DNA of 64,000 bases, from contig NC_058368.1 of the NCBI RefSeq assembly GCF_018350175.1, forward strand, positions 73,782,001 to 73,846,000, read 5' to 3'. Below the pieces are notes generated by a model that was not told the DNA's origin, searched no databases, and saw nothing but the letters and a program-made list of their open reading frames with translations. The position numbers and the translations under genes are program-made. This DNA comes from Felis catus (taxonomy: Eukaryota). Below are positions 23,794 to 36,318 of the stretch, piece by piece. How positions within the stretch are numbered: the stretch's first letter is position 1; each line of letters starts with the position of its first letter.

Positions 23794-25975
23794 AAAGAAA
23801 TGGGTGCCTGAGACAGCCTGGGGAGGAACTGTGCTTCAGGAGGTGCACTGAGCCAGGGGAGGGAAAGTGCTCCTCCGTGACTAGAAAGGGATCCCTGGTG
23901 TCCAAGAGAAGTGAACTGTGGAGTAGTTTCCTGGTTCTTTGAGAGAAAGAGTCGGACTCTCTCCCTGATAAGCTGGACTGGTACTTTGCGCTAACCTCCA
24001 AAGGGCCAGGAGTGTCAAGTTCTCTGCCAGAGTGTCATCTGGTAGAGATAATAATAATGATAACAATACATCTACAGAGTTCCTTCATAAACTGGATAAA
24101 CATGTTTGCTGAACACATGTTCATTTAGCATTGACCTTTTATGGAAAAGCTACTGCTTTGTACAAAGAAATGCCTTCTGGAGCTGACAGGTCGAGCCTAG
24201 CTCTAAGCCCGCTGTAGAAGTCTGTTTGCCCTCAGCCCATGAGTAGATCCTTAAGGCAAACTGGGTCCATCCTTAAGATAGTGAATTACCAGGCAAATTT
24301 CCAGAGACATCAAACTTGCATTATTCTTTTTGCCTTAAGAATTAAAATTCCCTTTCAAAGCTGTGACAATCTCTGACTGTTCCCGTGAAGCATGGCTGTC
24401 TTGTCTTCCCTGTGTCCTTCTCTTGCTTGGATTTTATGTATAACTTCTCTCATTGCTGCTGTCCTTCTCTGGTAGTGAGGGGGGAATCCAAAGGGCAGAT
24501 AGATGGATTAGTGGAGGTGGGGTGCAGGAAGTGAATGGTAAATGGTAACCTGCATCCCAGAAATGGAAGGTATGGTTGGCCCAAAGGTGAGGCTCATGTG
24601 AATTAAGTGAGCATGTTGGATACAAAATGGTTGGAGCAATTTATTGTGAATAAGGCTGTTCTCAACAACCTAGACAGAGTAAGATGTGCCACCACTCTCC
24701 TTCTATCCATGTCTTTGTTTCTGGAATCCTTTCCAGTACAATGCTTTAGCATCGTGAACTTTAGGTTACAGTGGGGCAGGAGTCGAAGATGATTGGCTTA
24801 GTGAACAAGAAACACTCTTTCTTGATCTGATGGCATATCACTTATCATTACCACTATGGAAACCTTCTACGTTATTATAGGACATGCTGTTGATTCTTAT
24901 TTATTTAGGGAATTAATATTCATTTTGGGGTACATGAATCTCTTTTCTTCTTCCAGCTGACATATTTTGACTCTTGTCTGTTTATTAGCATTTCATCTAT
25001 AAACAGGGGTAGTAGAAATAGAAGGAGATCAAACTTAAGTTATTAAAGTGTGGCAGATGTTGTGGCCAAGAGAAAATGAAAGGTTTTTGGAAAATAAGAT
25101 GGAGTTATTCAATCATTCATTTCAATTATATTGTTACCTAGTATCACAAATAATTAAGTTGGCTGTACATAGGAACTTAATCAGAAACAGAAGCATTTTT
25201 AGTGAATGCCTACTCATAAGGTTTACCTTGCTTGCATGCAAAACCTTCATTTTAAATAATAATAATATTAATAATACATCAAAAGTTCTTGTGATCAGCA
25301 ATTGAAATTTATTTTCAGTTATAAGGTTAATTCAACAGCTGAAGGCATATACCTTGAAGTATGAAATTTATGACATAAGCCACTATCTCATTGGATATTC
25401 AGGGTAACAACCTCATTAAAACTACAGTGTGAAAAAGAGATTCATGTTATGTTTCACCAAGGTTAAAGGCAAAGGGATAGACTAAGTATGAGAAGAAGAC
25501 AGTTAAGCAGAAAAATGCTCAGCCTGACATGTTATTATTTTTGTATATTTTGTATCAATAAAATATCAGATGAAAGAGACAAGTTACTTACCACCAGATG
25601 GGGGCAGAGGGGAAAAATATCAGGTTATATGATCTAGAGCTTATGTGATCATAGCTATAGTGACTCAAACAGCAATGTCAAGAGCTATTGGCTGATTAAT
25701 GGTTTATATATATTTTTTGTTTTGATCTAGAAACATTTATTGAACATCTACTGTGCCAGGCAGTACACTAACATGATTTTTCACCTGCTAAGTTATATAA
25801 TTCTTCAAACAACCTTGTGATTGCTGACAAATGAGAACATTTATTTTTGTTGACACTCATTAATAGATGCAGTCAGTATTTACAGTAGATGCAACCAGTA
25901 TTGATCAAATGTTGGGATATTGATTATAATATGCAGATATAGATCTGAGGAAACAAAGAAGTAATATACTAAGAT

Positions 25976-26598
25976 TGTAACTGAACCAGCGTGAGTTCAC
26001 TCCTCAGTGAGTCCGAACCTGTCCCAGGTTGAGTTGTCACACAAAATAACTTCATTTGCAGAAAATAAGGAGATGATGGGGAATAGCTTCCAAAGCCATG
26101 ACTCCCTGAGTGAGAGTGAATGTGTTCCTTTGATTTAGGGTTAGGATGTATACTTTGATTGGGATGCCTTGTCATCCTATGTTGAGGTGAGCATAAGGTT
26201 GTGCATGCGCCTTAAGGAAACATGCCTATACACACATTGTATGTTATGTAAATGACACATGTGTTCCTCTTTGGGTGGAGATTTTAGTATTATAATGGGT
26301 AAAGTTGGTTGTCAGTCACTCTGGGGGTCACTCCATCACCCATTTGTGCAAGTGCAAATCAGGGGTTAAGCTCAAATTGGTCTGGGTGGTCTGGGCCAGC
26401 TGGAGGCCTTGTCAGGGAGGTCGCTATTGCTCGAGAGGTGGTTTCACTTTCCATTTGCCTGAGTTCAGAGATAAACTGGAAAGAAGAGCTTAAGGAAAAA
26501 TGTGGGACCAAGGTCGGTGAGCACACACAGGGGGGAAGTAAAGGTCAAGTATGGGGTCTAGATGGTGACCCGATGACTTCAGAGCACTTTCCTGGACA
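25976..26598 (-). mobile_element. ERV1-like solo LTR
   Basis: Minus strand ends ...gagtgaactcacgctggttcagttaCA; internal LTR-like blocks (gggtggagattttagtattataat, tgcaaatcaggggttaagc); right boundary approximate. Confidence 0.55.
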
Positions 26599-26784
26599 TT
26601 ATACTCAAATCTAAAAACATGTGTGAACCATTTATGATAGTACAATACAAAAAGACAGCTGGTTGGTGATGATCATTAGTTTAATGGTTTTGAAGGATTA
26701 TTAGCATCACTCTATTTCATCTACAGACTCTATCCTTAGCAGTCTGTCCTTTAAATATTTATTCTTGGTAAATAAGGAACCAGG

Positions 26785-27341
26785 TGTGGCGATTTAAAAA
26801 TCTTCCCACAAATTCTTTGACACTCTTTTCTTCAAAAAGTCAAGCAGAATTCTGCTTCCCTTGAGTGTGGGCCAGACTTTGTAAGTATGGTGAAAATGAA
26901 GGTGTGTGACTTCAAAGAGTAGGTCATAAAAGAGATTGCATCTTCCTCATTCCTCTCTCTTGGATTACTCACACTAGAGAAAGCCAGTGGTCACACTGTG
27001 AGGCCACTTAAGCAGCCCTACGGAAAGATCCATTGTGGTGAAGGAATAAGACCTTCTAAGGCCAAGAGGCAATGAGAAATGAGGCCTCCTGCCAACAGCC
27101 ATGTGAGAGCGCCATCTTCCAGCCCCCGTCAAGCACATCCCCCAGCCCCCGTCAAGCCTTCAGATGACTGTAGCCCTGGATCATATCTTAACTGCAACCT
27201 CATGAGAGACCTTGAGCCAGAGCCACCAGATAAGCCACTTCTGAATTCCTTACCCACAGAAACCATGAGATAATACACATTTATTGTTTCAAGCCACAAA
27301 GTTTTGGATAATTTATTATACAACAAAAACTAATTAATATA
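26785..27341 (+). mobile_element. MaLR solo LTR, MLT1F-like
   Basis: cccttgagtgtgggc, gaggcctcctgccaacagccatgtgag, aagccttcagatgactgtagccc, gcaacctcatgagagacc; 5-bp TSD ccagg/ccaag. Confidence 0.9.
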
Positions 27342-27394
27342 CCAAGACAGAGGATACATGTGTCAGCACCAATTAATCTGTATTATTGGAAGGA

Positions 27395-28090
27395 AACAAA
27401 TTGTTTGGGCTTGAGAAAACAGAGCCTAAAGTCAAGATTGCATGCTTTTTTTTTTTTTTTTTTAATATTGGAGATACAATCTGAAGGAAGCAAGAGTGAG
27501 GGAAAAAGAAAAGTTAGGCAACGAAGACAGGAAAAAATTCAAAGTGGTGCTTAGCAAAGTTGGCTACAGTTACTCAGGATGACAGAGTTGATTGCTCAGT
27601 CACAGGAGGTGTCTCTAGAAGGGTGGAGAGGTGATATGATATCATTGTGCCTTAAAGCAATCAAGTGGGGAGGGAGGGAGAGGAATTTATCTGCTAGCTT
27701 CTTCCTGTCTGTCTCAGGTCAAAGTACTTCCTATGGGGCATTAACTCTTCACACGCCTTAGTAATAGCATTCTGTCACTCTGGACAACTACTGGGAAAAC
27801 TAGACTCTCCAAGGCTCATGTCACGTCGGATCTGGGTGCTGGGACTCTTGTAGTTCTTGCAATGGTGAAGGTATAGAAGCCATGACAAAGCCTGACTCTT
27901 GTGCTCTGGAGAGGCTGAGAAATTTGTTGGTGTCTGGAGACAGGAAGAGAGGACTGCAGAAATATATGTCTTGACTGGAGCCATTCTGGCAAGGAGGTGA
28001 AGAAAGTAGCTGAGACCCAGGGGCAGATGGAACTGGGTGGATCTGGGATGAGGCATGTGCTGGGCTGGTATCCAGTTAAAGACACACCAT
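27395..28090 (-). mobile_element. ERVL LTR (LTR33-like), degraded
   Basis: aaacagagcctaaagtcaagattgcatgc...ttggagatacaatc...gaagcaagagtgaggga resembles the reverse of the LTR33 3' end. Confidence 0.4.
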
Positions 28091-28164
28091 AGTTGTGTAC
28101 TAAGAGTAGTGCTTTGACAGAGGACACAAGATTATCCTTGCAAAAGCAACATCTGGTAGCAAGT

Positions 28165-28385
28165 AGGAGTTTAGGTTCTGGAGTTTGAACCGCTGCCCCT
28201 ATATTTCCTACTTAGGTGACCTTGCATACACCGTATAACCTTTATGGATCTCAGCTTTCTCATCTTTAAAATAGAGATAATAATAGTACCTACAACCTCA
28301 GGAAGTTTAAATGAGTTAATAGACCTACAATACTTGCAATAGTGTTTGACATAGAGTAAGTGCTACATAAGCATTGGCTATTTCT
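28165..28385 (+). mobile_element. MIR SINE
   Basis: gtgaccttg...ctcagctttctcatctttaaaatagagataataatagtaccta...catagagtaagtgct. Confidence 0.85.
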
Positions 28386-28984
28386 GATATTACTGCCTAC
28401 CAGGAGCTTACACATCTTAAGAATAGATAGACAACAGCATAAAACATGAAACTAATAAGTAAGGGGATTAAACACTTACAGTGAATGGAGATCAAAGCCA
28501 AATTAAAAATTTTGCATGTAAAAGGCAAGGTAGATATGTAATTAGAGTGGCAAATGAACCACGGAGTGCTTCTGTTAACTTGCATTTAGGGAATACAAAT
28601 ATGGTGGATTCTTATGATTATTTCTGACTCCATGATGAGTGATTGGTTGAAAGTACGGAAATAACAATACATTTATTAGCTACCGCCTGTGTGCCAGGGA
28701 TTGCATAAGGTATTTCACAGGCTGATTTGTATAGACTGGCCAAGGGGGAAAGTCCACATCTTTTATGCTCTATTACTAATCTGGTTGGACTTGGGATATG
28801 ATATAGTTAAAAATCCCCAAATCAAAAATCAAGTAAAGGAGATTGGCCTTAACTCACATAGGCCTCCATGTGAAGAAAGCAGGGGCAGGAAACATGGAAA
28901 GTAAAAAAGAAACTTAAGCCAACCTGCCAGTCACACCTGGAAGGCTGGCCGCCCTTGGTCAGGAGTGAAGAAGAAATTGTGTAT

Positions 28985-29170
28985 CAATTCAACAAATATT
29001 TCATACTAATGCTCATTACATACCAGGCATCTTGCTAGACTCAGGGTCTACAAATATGAAAGACAAAAATTCTCAACCCTACCATGGTCTAGTGGGGTGT
29101 TGAAGACTAATTCAAAAAATGGTTCTATTTCAATGACAATTGTATAATGATTGTGTATACAGGTGCACAT
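28985..29170 (-). mobile_element. L2 3' end
   Basis: attcaacaaatattt...taccaggcatcttgctagactcaggg...tctagtgggg. Confidence 0.6.
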
Positions 29171-29239
29171 AAAAGTGACATGGGACTCACCATCCTCTGT
29201 AATCAACTATGACACCAGTCAAATGTAGGAAATACTGCT

Positions 29240-30500
29240 CTCAGGTATTTGACAATAGCGCCGTCTGAAGAAGGAAAACTAACAACGTGAATCCTATAGT
29301 GGTCTCAGATTTCTTGAGAGGGAAAACAAACAAAACATACTGGGCGCACTGAGCTGAGAAGACAGGAGGAGGGAGCTGGAATTTGCAGAGCAGAGCGCTA
29401 AAGAAGGAAGCTGCTGGGAGGAAGAGGTCCAGAGATCTGCACATAGGTTTGCCCTTGATCTTTGGCTGACCACTAAGCCGCATAAGCCAAGGATGAAACT
29501 CCACAAGGCTGGGTGAAGGGTAACTAGTATGGGACTGTGAATGAATAATTCCAAGAGCTGACACAGCATTAGGAGAAGTCTAATTTCTGACAAGTCAGAA
29601 GGAATACCTCGGGCGTTCAGTCAAGCTTTCAGAAGATCATGCCTTAGCAGAGACTCCAAGAGTTCATGCCTCAGCCCTGGAGCTAAGATAGCCCCAGAAT
29701 TAAGGTTACCCTGAACATACACTTATGGAGCCTAAAAAGTATCTGGAGGTTCAAACTGATGTTTAAGTACCTGCCAAAACAAACACAATACTCCTTAAGG
29801 AAAACAACAACATTCAGTAGTCACATAATATTCTCAAAATCCACCACCCAGTGAAAAATTATTAGATATGAAAAGCAAAAAAATATGACCTATAATTAGG
29901 GGGGAGGTAGGTCAATGGAAATAGGTTTAGAAATGACAGAGATGGTGGAATGAACAGGCAGGAATTTTATTTTTTTGTTTTTTATTTAAAAAATTAATTT
30001 ATTGTCAAATTGGCTTATACACAACAGCCAGTGCTCATCCCAACAAGTGCCCTCCTCAATGCCCATCACCCATTTTCCCTCTCCCCCTCAACCCTCCCTG
30101 TCCACCTTTAGTTTGTTCTCTGTATTTAAGAGTCTCTTGTGGTTTGCCTCCCTCCCTCTCTGTTTGTATCCATTTTTTTCTTCCCCCATGGTCTTCTGTT
30201 AATTTTCTCAAGATCCACATCTGAATGAAAACATATGATGTCAGATAGGAACTTGAAAACTACTAGCAGAAATATGCTAAAAGACTTAAAAGAAAACCTG
30301 AATACAGCAAGAACAGAAATTAAAGATCAAAGAAGAACCAAATGTAATTATAAAACTGAAAAATACAATATCTGAAATACAAAATGAACGAGATGGGCTT
30401 AGGAGCTGATTGGACACTGCAGAAATAAAGGTCAAAGACCTTGAAAATAGCAGTAAGAACTATTAAAACTAAAGCATAGAAGATGACGATTTTGGGAATT
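29240..30500 (+). mobile_element. Old L1M 5'UTR/ORF1 fragment, interrupted by a younger L1 3' end
   Basis: aaaatatgacctataat...gaaatgacagagatggtggaa...aaaatacaatatctgaaat...gattggacactgcagaa typical of the L1M ORF1 start. Confidence 0.65.
29969..30241 (-). mobile_element. Carnivore L1 3'UTR, severely 5'-truncated
   Basis: ccagtgctcatcccaacaagtgccctcctcaatgcccatcaccc; degenerate TSD caggcaggaatttt/cagataggaacttg. Confidence 0.88.
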
Positions 30501-30504
30501 ATCA

Positions 30505-30620
30505 CAAAGCCATGAGATACACGTCAATATGATACCCATTTTACAGGTGAGGAAGCCGAGGCATGAGGCTGTTGAGGAGCTTTGGGAAAGGTCACACGGT
30601 TGTAAGTGTGGGGTTGGGGA
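30505..30620 (-). mobile_element. MIR SINE
   Basis: cccattttacaggtgaggaagccgaggca...aaggtcacacgg. Confidence 0.75.
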
Positions 30621-31191
30621 GAATGCTCGGTTGCAGGGGTGAGAGGGAGGGAATAGCAGCGAGGAGGTGAGTGTTACCGGCCCTGAGTCTGGGAGGGCTA
30701 TGTTGCCTCTCAGGGAAGAGAGGAGTGGAATTCAGGCACAGGAAGAAGAGAAGACAGAGAAGCATGAAGACCGAGAAGGACTTATTCTCATATTTTAGGT
30801 TCCCCAGTGAGTTAGATAGCCATGCCCATTTAGTAGAGAACCAGGCTGGTTTTATCCACCTCAGAAAATATCCCCTTCCTTCTTTTTCTTTCTCTTTGTG
30901 ATGTGAACCTTAATATTCTCTCTGGCTCCTTCACCGAGCCCACCAGATGGCTAGGTGTGGATGGAGCTTGGTGCCCCGGGGGAGTCACCTTCTTGGGCCC
31001 ATGCTCTCCGTGTACATGCTGGAGGGTTCCTTGTGCCCTGCATCTGGTTCCATAGCCCAAACCTCAACATGTAGAACGATTCTCAACAGGTAGAACAGCG
31101 GGTCCAATGTTGAAGAATTTCCATGCTTGGCTTGGCTCTCCCTGAACCCAGAGGAGGAGATATCTTTTATGTGTTTTTTTTTCTCAATATA

Positions 31192-31405
31192 TTAAAAAGA
31201 AAATTTTTTTAATTTATTTCTGAGAGAGAGAGAGAGCATGTGAACAGGGGAGGGGCAGAGAGAGAGGGAGACACAGAATCAGAAGCAGGCTCCAGGCTCT
31301 GAGCTGACACCACAGATCCCAACGTGGAGCTCAAACTCATGAACCGCGAGATCATGACTTGCACCGAAGTCAGATGCTCAACTGACTGAGCCACCCAGGC
31401 ACCCC
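31192..31405 (-). mobile_element. Can-SINE
   Basis: Ends gccacccaggcacccc; flanked by tctcaatat. Confidence 0.95.
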
Positions 31406-31521
31406 TCTCAATATTTTTTTTCTCAGCTCAAAAGTTATAAAATTTTAAAATCCAAGATTAATATCATCTTTTTGAGATCTTTATTCCAAGTTTCTCAGAA
31501 TACATAAAACCCATTACCTCT

Positions 31522-31955
31522 TGCTATGGACAGAGTCCCACTCCAAATTCATATATTGAAGGCTTGACCCCCAGTGTGACTATATTTGGAGATGGGGCCT
31601 TTAGGAGGTAATTAAGGTTAAATGAGGTTGTGGTAGGGGCACGATCTGATAGGATTGGTGAGCTTATAAGAAGAGATACCACAGGGGGGCCTGGGTGACT
31701 CAGCTGGTTAAGCGGCCAACTTCAGCTCAGGTCATGATTTCTTGGTTTATGAGTTCAAGCCCCGTGTCGGACTCTATGCTGACAGCTCCGAGCCTGGAGA
31801 CTGCTTCGGATTCTGTGTCTTCCTCTCTTTCTGCCCCTCCCTCACTCACGCTCTGTCTCTCTCTCTCAAAAATAAATAAGCATTAAAAAAATTAAAAAAA
31901 AAAAAAAGAAGAGATACCACCAAGAGCTCTCCCCCTCCCTTTCTCTCTCTGTAGC
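31522..31955 (+). mobile_element. MLT1A-like LTR 5' part, interrupted by a SINE
   Basis: tgctatggac...aaattcatatattgaagg...tttggagatggggcctttaggaggtaattaaggttaaatgagg...cttataagaagaga. Confidence 0.88.
31684..31905 (+). mobile_element. Can-SINE with 15-bp TSD
   Basis: TSD aagaagagataccac at 31668-31682 and 31906-31920. Confidence 0.97.
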
Positions 31956-33094
31956 CTTGGAACATGGAGATCCTCTCCCCACCAATATCCCCATTTTCTA
32001 CAAGGAGAAACTGAGGGTCAGGGTGGATGAGGAACCAGTGGATAATCAAGCGGCACAGGAGGTCTGTTGGGAGTCTGAGGCCTGTGCTCTGAGCCACCAT
32101 GTTACCTGGATCCCAAGCACAGAAACGAATTTTGGAAGCAATGGTTCAACATCTGCTTTTTGTTGGCGGCTGCCAGCCCAGGACATCTCCTTTTTGTCGT
32201 GTTCTGTGTCTGAACGTTTGGTGTAGCACTTGGAAGCCCATGAGCCCGATGCTGTTCATACATGTCAGTTGTATGACATGTTGGCCAGGCGTCCTCTGGC
32301 CTCTGACAGTCCCCTGTCGTGTGGTGAGGGGAGGCAGACTGCTGTTCGTCTGGACTCTGACCGCAGCGCCACAAATGCTTTGTCATCTGTCGAAAACCAG
32401 TGCCGTTTTGTTAATCAGACTGTCATTCATCTCAGGGCGGTGTGGTGACACGCGCATGGCGACAGTTACCTATTAATTTTAGTGGTGACATAGGTAAGGA
32501 GTGTTCATTCTCAGGGCAGCACTGAAGCTGGTGTAGACCAATGTGAAACACAGAGCCACCCACCTGGACACAAAAGGAAAAAAATACCAGGAGATGAGGC
32601 AAACTGCTTTTGCAAATATTTTCAAGAAGAGAGACTTTGAAGTCATGGTCCTCTAAAAATTGCATGCAAACTTCCGTGTGTATATACCTATGTACTACCT
32701 TTTTTTAGAAGATTATTTTTTAAAGCTGTCTGTGACTTATAAGAGGTAAAAAAACCCCAAAAAACACGAACACTTCTGCTTCAGCAAGAAGCGCTATGGA
32801 TTCTTTGCTTATCACAGCTGAATTCAGGTTTTACTTGCTGAACTAAAGCAGTTGCTTGTCCCGACGACAGACATTTAGAGAGACGCAGGCGCCATACCTG
32901 TTGGAGCCAGAAAGGCTAACATTTAATACTAGATGCAGAGACAAACACGAGCCTACATAGGTCCTGCCCTCTACTGGGTTACATCCTGGGGTGTCAGCCC
33001 CAAAGAACAAAATTTGAGACCTGTTTCAAGATTCTACCCTTTCCATCTTTATATAACTATATGCTATAGATATATAACTACCATATATATAGTC

Positions 33095-33932
33095 ATACAC
33101 TTTAAACATAAACACACATCTATACACGTACACACACATACGCACACATATACACATGTACACACATACATACAAATATACATACACATACATATACACA
33201 GACACACTTACACACATACACACATTCAAACACATACACACACATACACACACATATACACGTACACACGTACACATGCATACATATATACATACACATA
33301 TACACACATATACATGCCTACACACATATACACAGATATATACACACATACACACATTCATACACATATACACATGTACACATACATACACATATACACA
33401 TATACACACATAATATACATACACAGATACACATGTACACACATATACACATACACAGATACACATGTATATACACATGTACACATACACAGATACGTAC
33501 ACACACATACACATACACACGTACATATGCATACACATATACACACACATATACACACATACATATACACATACACATATAACATGTACACACATTCATA
33601 CACATATACATATATACACACAGACACAAATATACACATGTACACACATACACAAATATACATACACAGACACACACATACACATATACACATGACACAA
33701 TACATATACGTACACACATATACACACATATACACATACATACACATATACACATGTACACACATACACACATATACACATACACATATATACACATATA
33801 CATATACATACACATATATACACACATACAAACCTATGAACACGTACACACATACATACATATGTTCGTATATACACAAACACACACTCATGTACACACA
33901 CATATACACACACGGACACACATATACACACA
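33095..33932. repeat. Degenerate (CA/TA)n low-complexity tract (TACACA/CATA units)
   Basis: About 840 bp of almost continuous purine-pyrimidine alternation. Confidence 0.97.
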
Positions 33933-33956
33933 TTTCCTAAGTGTATGTATATTCCC

Positions 33957-33981
33957 GTGTGTGTGTGTGTGTGTGTGTGTG
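33957..33981. repeat. (GT)12 microsatellite
   Basis: Read directly. Confidence 0.97.
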
Positions 33982-36069
33982 CACTACTATAGTACACATA
34001 CTATATTTACAGTCTCTTTTCCCACTTCTATAGGTTTCAAAATGCAGAAACGTCCCGGACACGCCACATGCCCCCTTGTGAAACGATGGATGGGTAAGCT
34101 GACTGGAATGTCCTGGCAAAGGACAAAGATGTGAAATAACCGGTTCAAAGTCACCCTTCAGGTCTGGGAGAGAGCCTCAGCTGCCTCTGTCGCTGAAATT
34201 CTTCATTCCCGAGGCAGGGTCAGCCCTCTCAGAGCAGAGTGTGGCACGGGACCAAGGTAGAATACACAAAACGAAGGGGCTTCTGCTCTGCCGGTTCATG
34301 AGCGTGCGTTGTGCATCATATGAGAAGTTATTTCTCCTAAGGACCATCTTTAACTTCAGCAATATGTCCTAAAGATGTCTTACAAGGGCAATCAAGATTT
34401 AGCCAGGGGGCTAAGTGGGAGGAAGTTATAATGTACAAGGTGAGTCTTTTGAGACTCTGAAAAACCCATTAACGGAGAAGTTATTAATGTCTTTTTTTAT
34501 GCAGCCATAGTGCAGAGGCAGACCCCAAAGAAACCAATCCACATTATGAAACGTTTTACAGAAATCCATTTTTAAAAATAGGAGAATGCTCTAAATGGAG
34601 TCTGGAGGTGGGAACGGAATACGTGTCTGGCCTCCTGGGCCAGCTGCAGATTTTCTAAAGAATAAAGGGAAATTCTCCTTAGCCTTCACTTTGAGACAAA
34701 GAAATAGAATGAAAACTCCTACTGTAAGATTTGGTTATCTCTTCTATTTTTCTTGTTCTCACATTTAGTTTTCTTCCTTCCTTTCGTGTACTTCCCCTAC
34801 CCAAACCTAATATCTTCAGGCCTCTGTTAACTTGGATTTAAGTTTAAAAATAGCAAATTATTAAACCTTCATTAGGCATGAATGTGATATACACTTAAGC
34901 GAGTTCCTCTAAGAATGGTAGAATATAAGGGCAGGTTTTCCATCTGTAAATATGGCGCCTCTGGACTATTATCAGAGGGAATGAATGCACTCAGACGTGT
35001 TTTCCCCCACAGAGGAGAGAGATTCGCTTTCATTTTCACTCAACTAAAATCTCTTCATAAACAGAAACTGTGACTTGTTCATTTTTACCTCCCTTCCTCA
35101 TAGCACAGCCCTGGTACACAGCTGGTGATCAACAAACAGTTACTGGTCAGCTGAAGCAATTCTAAATTCATCAAATCTACAGTTCACCGTTACAGCCAGA
35201 GATTTCCTTCTAGAAGCCAGACTCTTTGCCAATTGCTGTATCTTCAGAGACGAGTAGGATGTGGCTCTTAGTGTCAACGACCTTAGTGTTGGGTGGAGTC
35301 ATGGTGAAGGGGGGCATTTCTGCCAGTGGTGGGGTCAGGGAGAGACAGGAAATACAGGCAGTTGGTTGCTAGGTAGACACAGGAGGAAGGGCATTGTGGA
35401 GAGAGGGTCATAGATAAGGCCAAAGCCAGGAAGGAGTCAGGCTGCTGTACACAGAGGGTATGTAGACACCTGACCGGCCAACATGCCTGGTGACCATGTA
35501 AGAGAGCTGGTGAAGGCTGACGTTGGAGACCGAACGTGCGGGGGTCACAGCGGAGGGCCTGAGGATCTGTGAACCGCGCCCTGACACCCCAGCATGTTCT
35601 GCTCAGATCTTTTCATGCTCTTGAAAAGCATCTTTTTAAATGATAAGATGCGCACGGGCACAGAGAAGTGCATGAAACGACAGAATCAGCTGCTCAGTAA
35701 ATGCAAAAATGTTTCTTGAATCCCGTTCTTTTAATTGCCAGGGTGTAGCGATAGGTGGAAAGAAAAGTATCAAGCCCAAAGAAACACCAACTAAAATTTA
35801 AAAAATCACTGGAATTTGCTCAGGGTTGGTCCAGTGGCCATGGCGTGCTTTTGTGTACCCACAATATCTTCAAAGGCAAACTTTGAGGGAAATACGGTCT
35901 GCGAGGAGCCTGTTCGTGACCCAGTAGGTGATCCTTTGATCACTCACCAGGGCTCGCTCACCCGGAACAGGTTTCTGGCTGCTGGTTTGGGGAGTGATCA
36001 GCAGAAGTTTAGCCATGGGGTCTTTGATAAGTCACTAATTATTTCCACAAATTAAAAGAAAGTGTTGGA

Positions 36070-36244
36070 GGGGTGCCTGGGTGGCTCAGTCGGTTGAACG
36101 TCCGACTTCAGCTCAGGTCATGATCTCTCAGTCTGTGAGTTTGAGCCCCGCATCGGGCTCTGTGCTGACAGCTCAGCAGAGCCTGGAGCCTGCCTCGGAT
36201 TCTGTGTCTCCCTCTCTCTCTGCCCCTCCCCTGCTCATGCTCTG

Positions 36245-36284
<40 letters not shown>

Positions 36285-36318
36285 AAAAATAAATAAACAT
36301 TAAAAAAAATTAAAAAAA
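36070..36318 (+). mobile_element. Can-SINE with 16-bp TSD
   Basis: TSD aaaagaaagtgttgga at 36054-36069 and 36319-36334. Confidence 0.97.

Noticed and set aside
25589..25608. CTCF-like ccaccagatgggggcag
   Set aside because: It departs from the core at an informative position (G where C is expected after GG); cannot be supported without ChIP data
27119..27157. Direct repeat ccagcccccgtcaagc twice
   Set aside because: A small local duplication inside the MLT1F-like LTR with no sign of function
32933..34134. 335-aa His/Thr/Tyr/Ile-rich ORF and many overlapping Cys/Val/Met-rich ORFs
   Set aside because: CA/TA alternation rarely generates stop codons, so ORFs appear in all frames on both strands; compositional artefact
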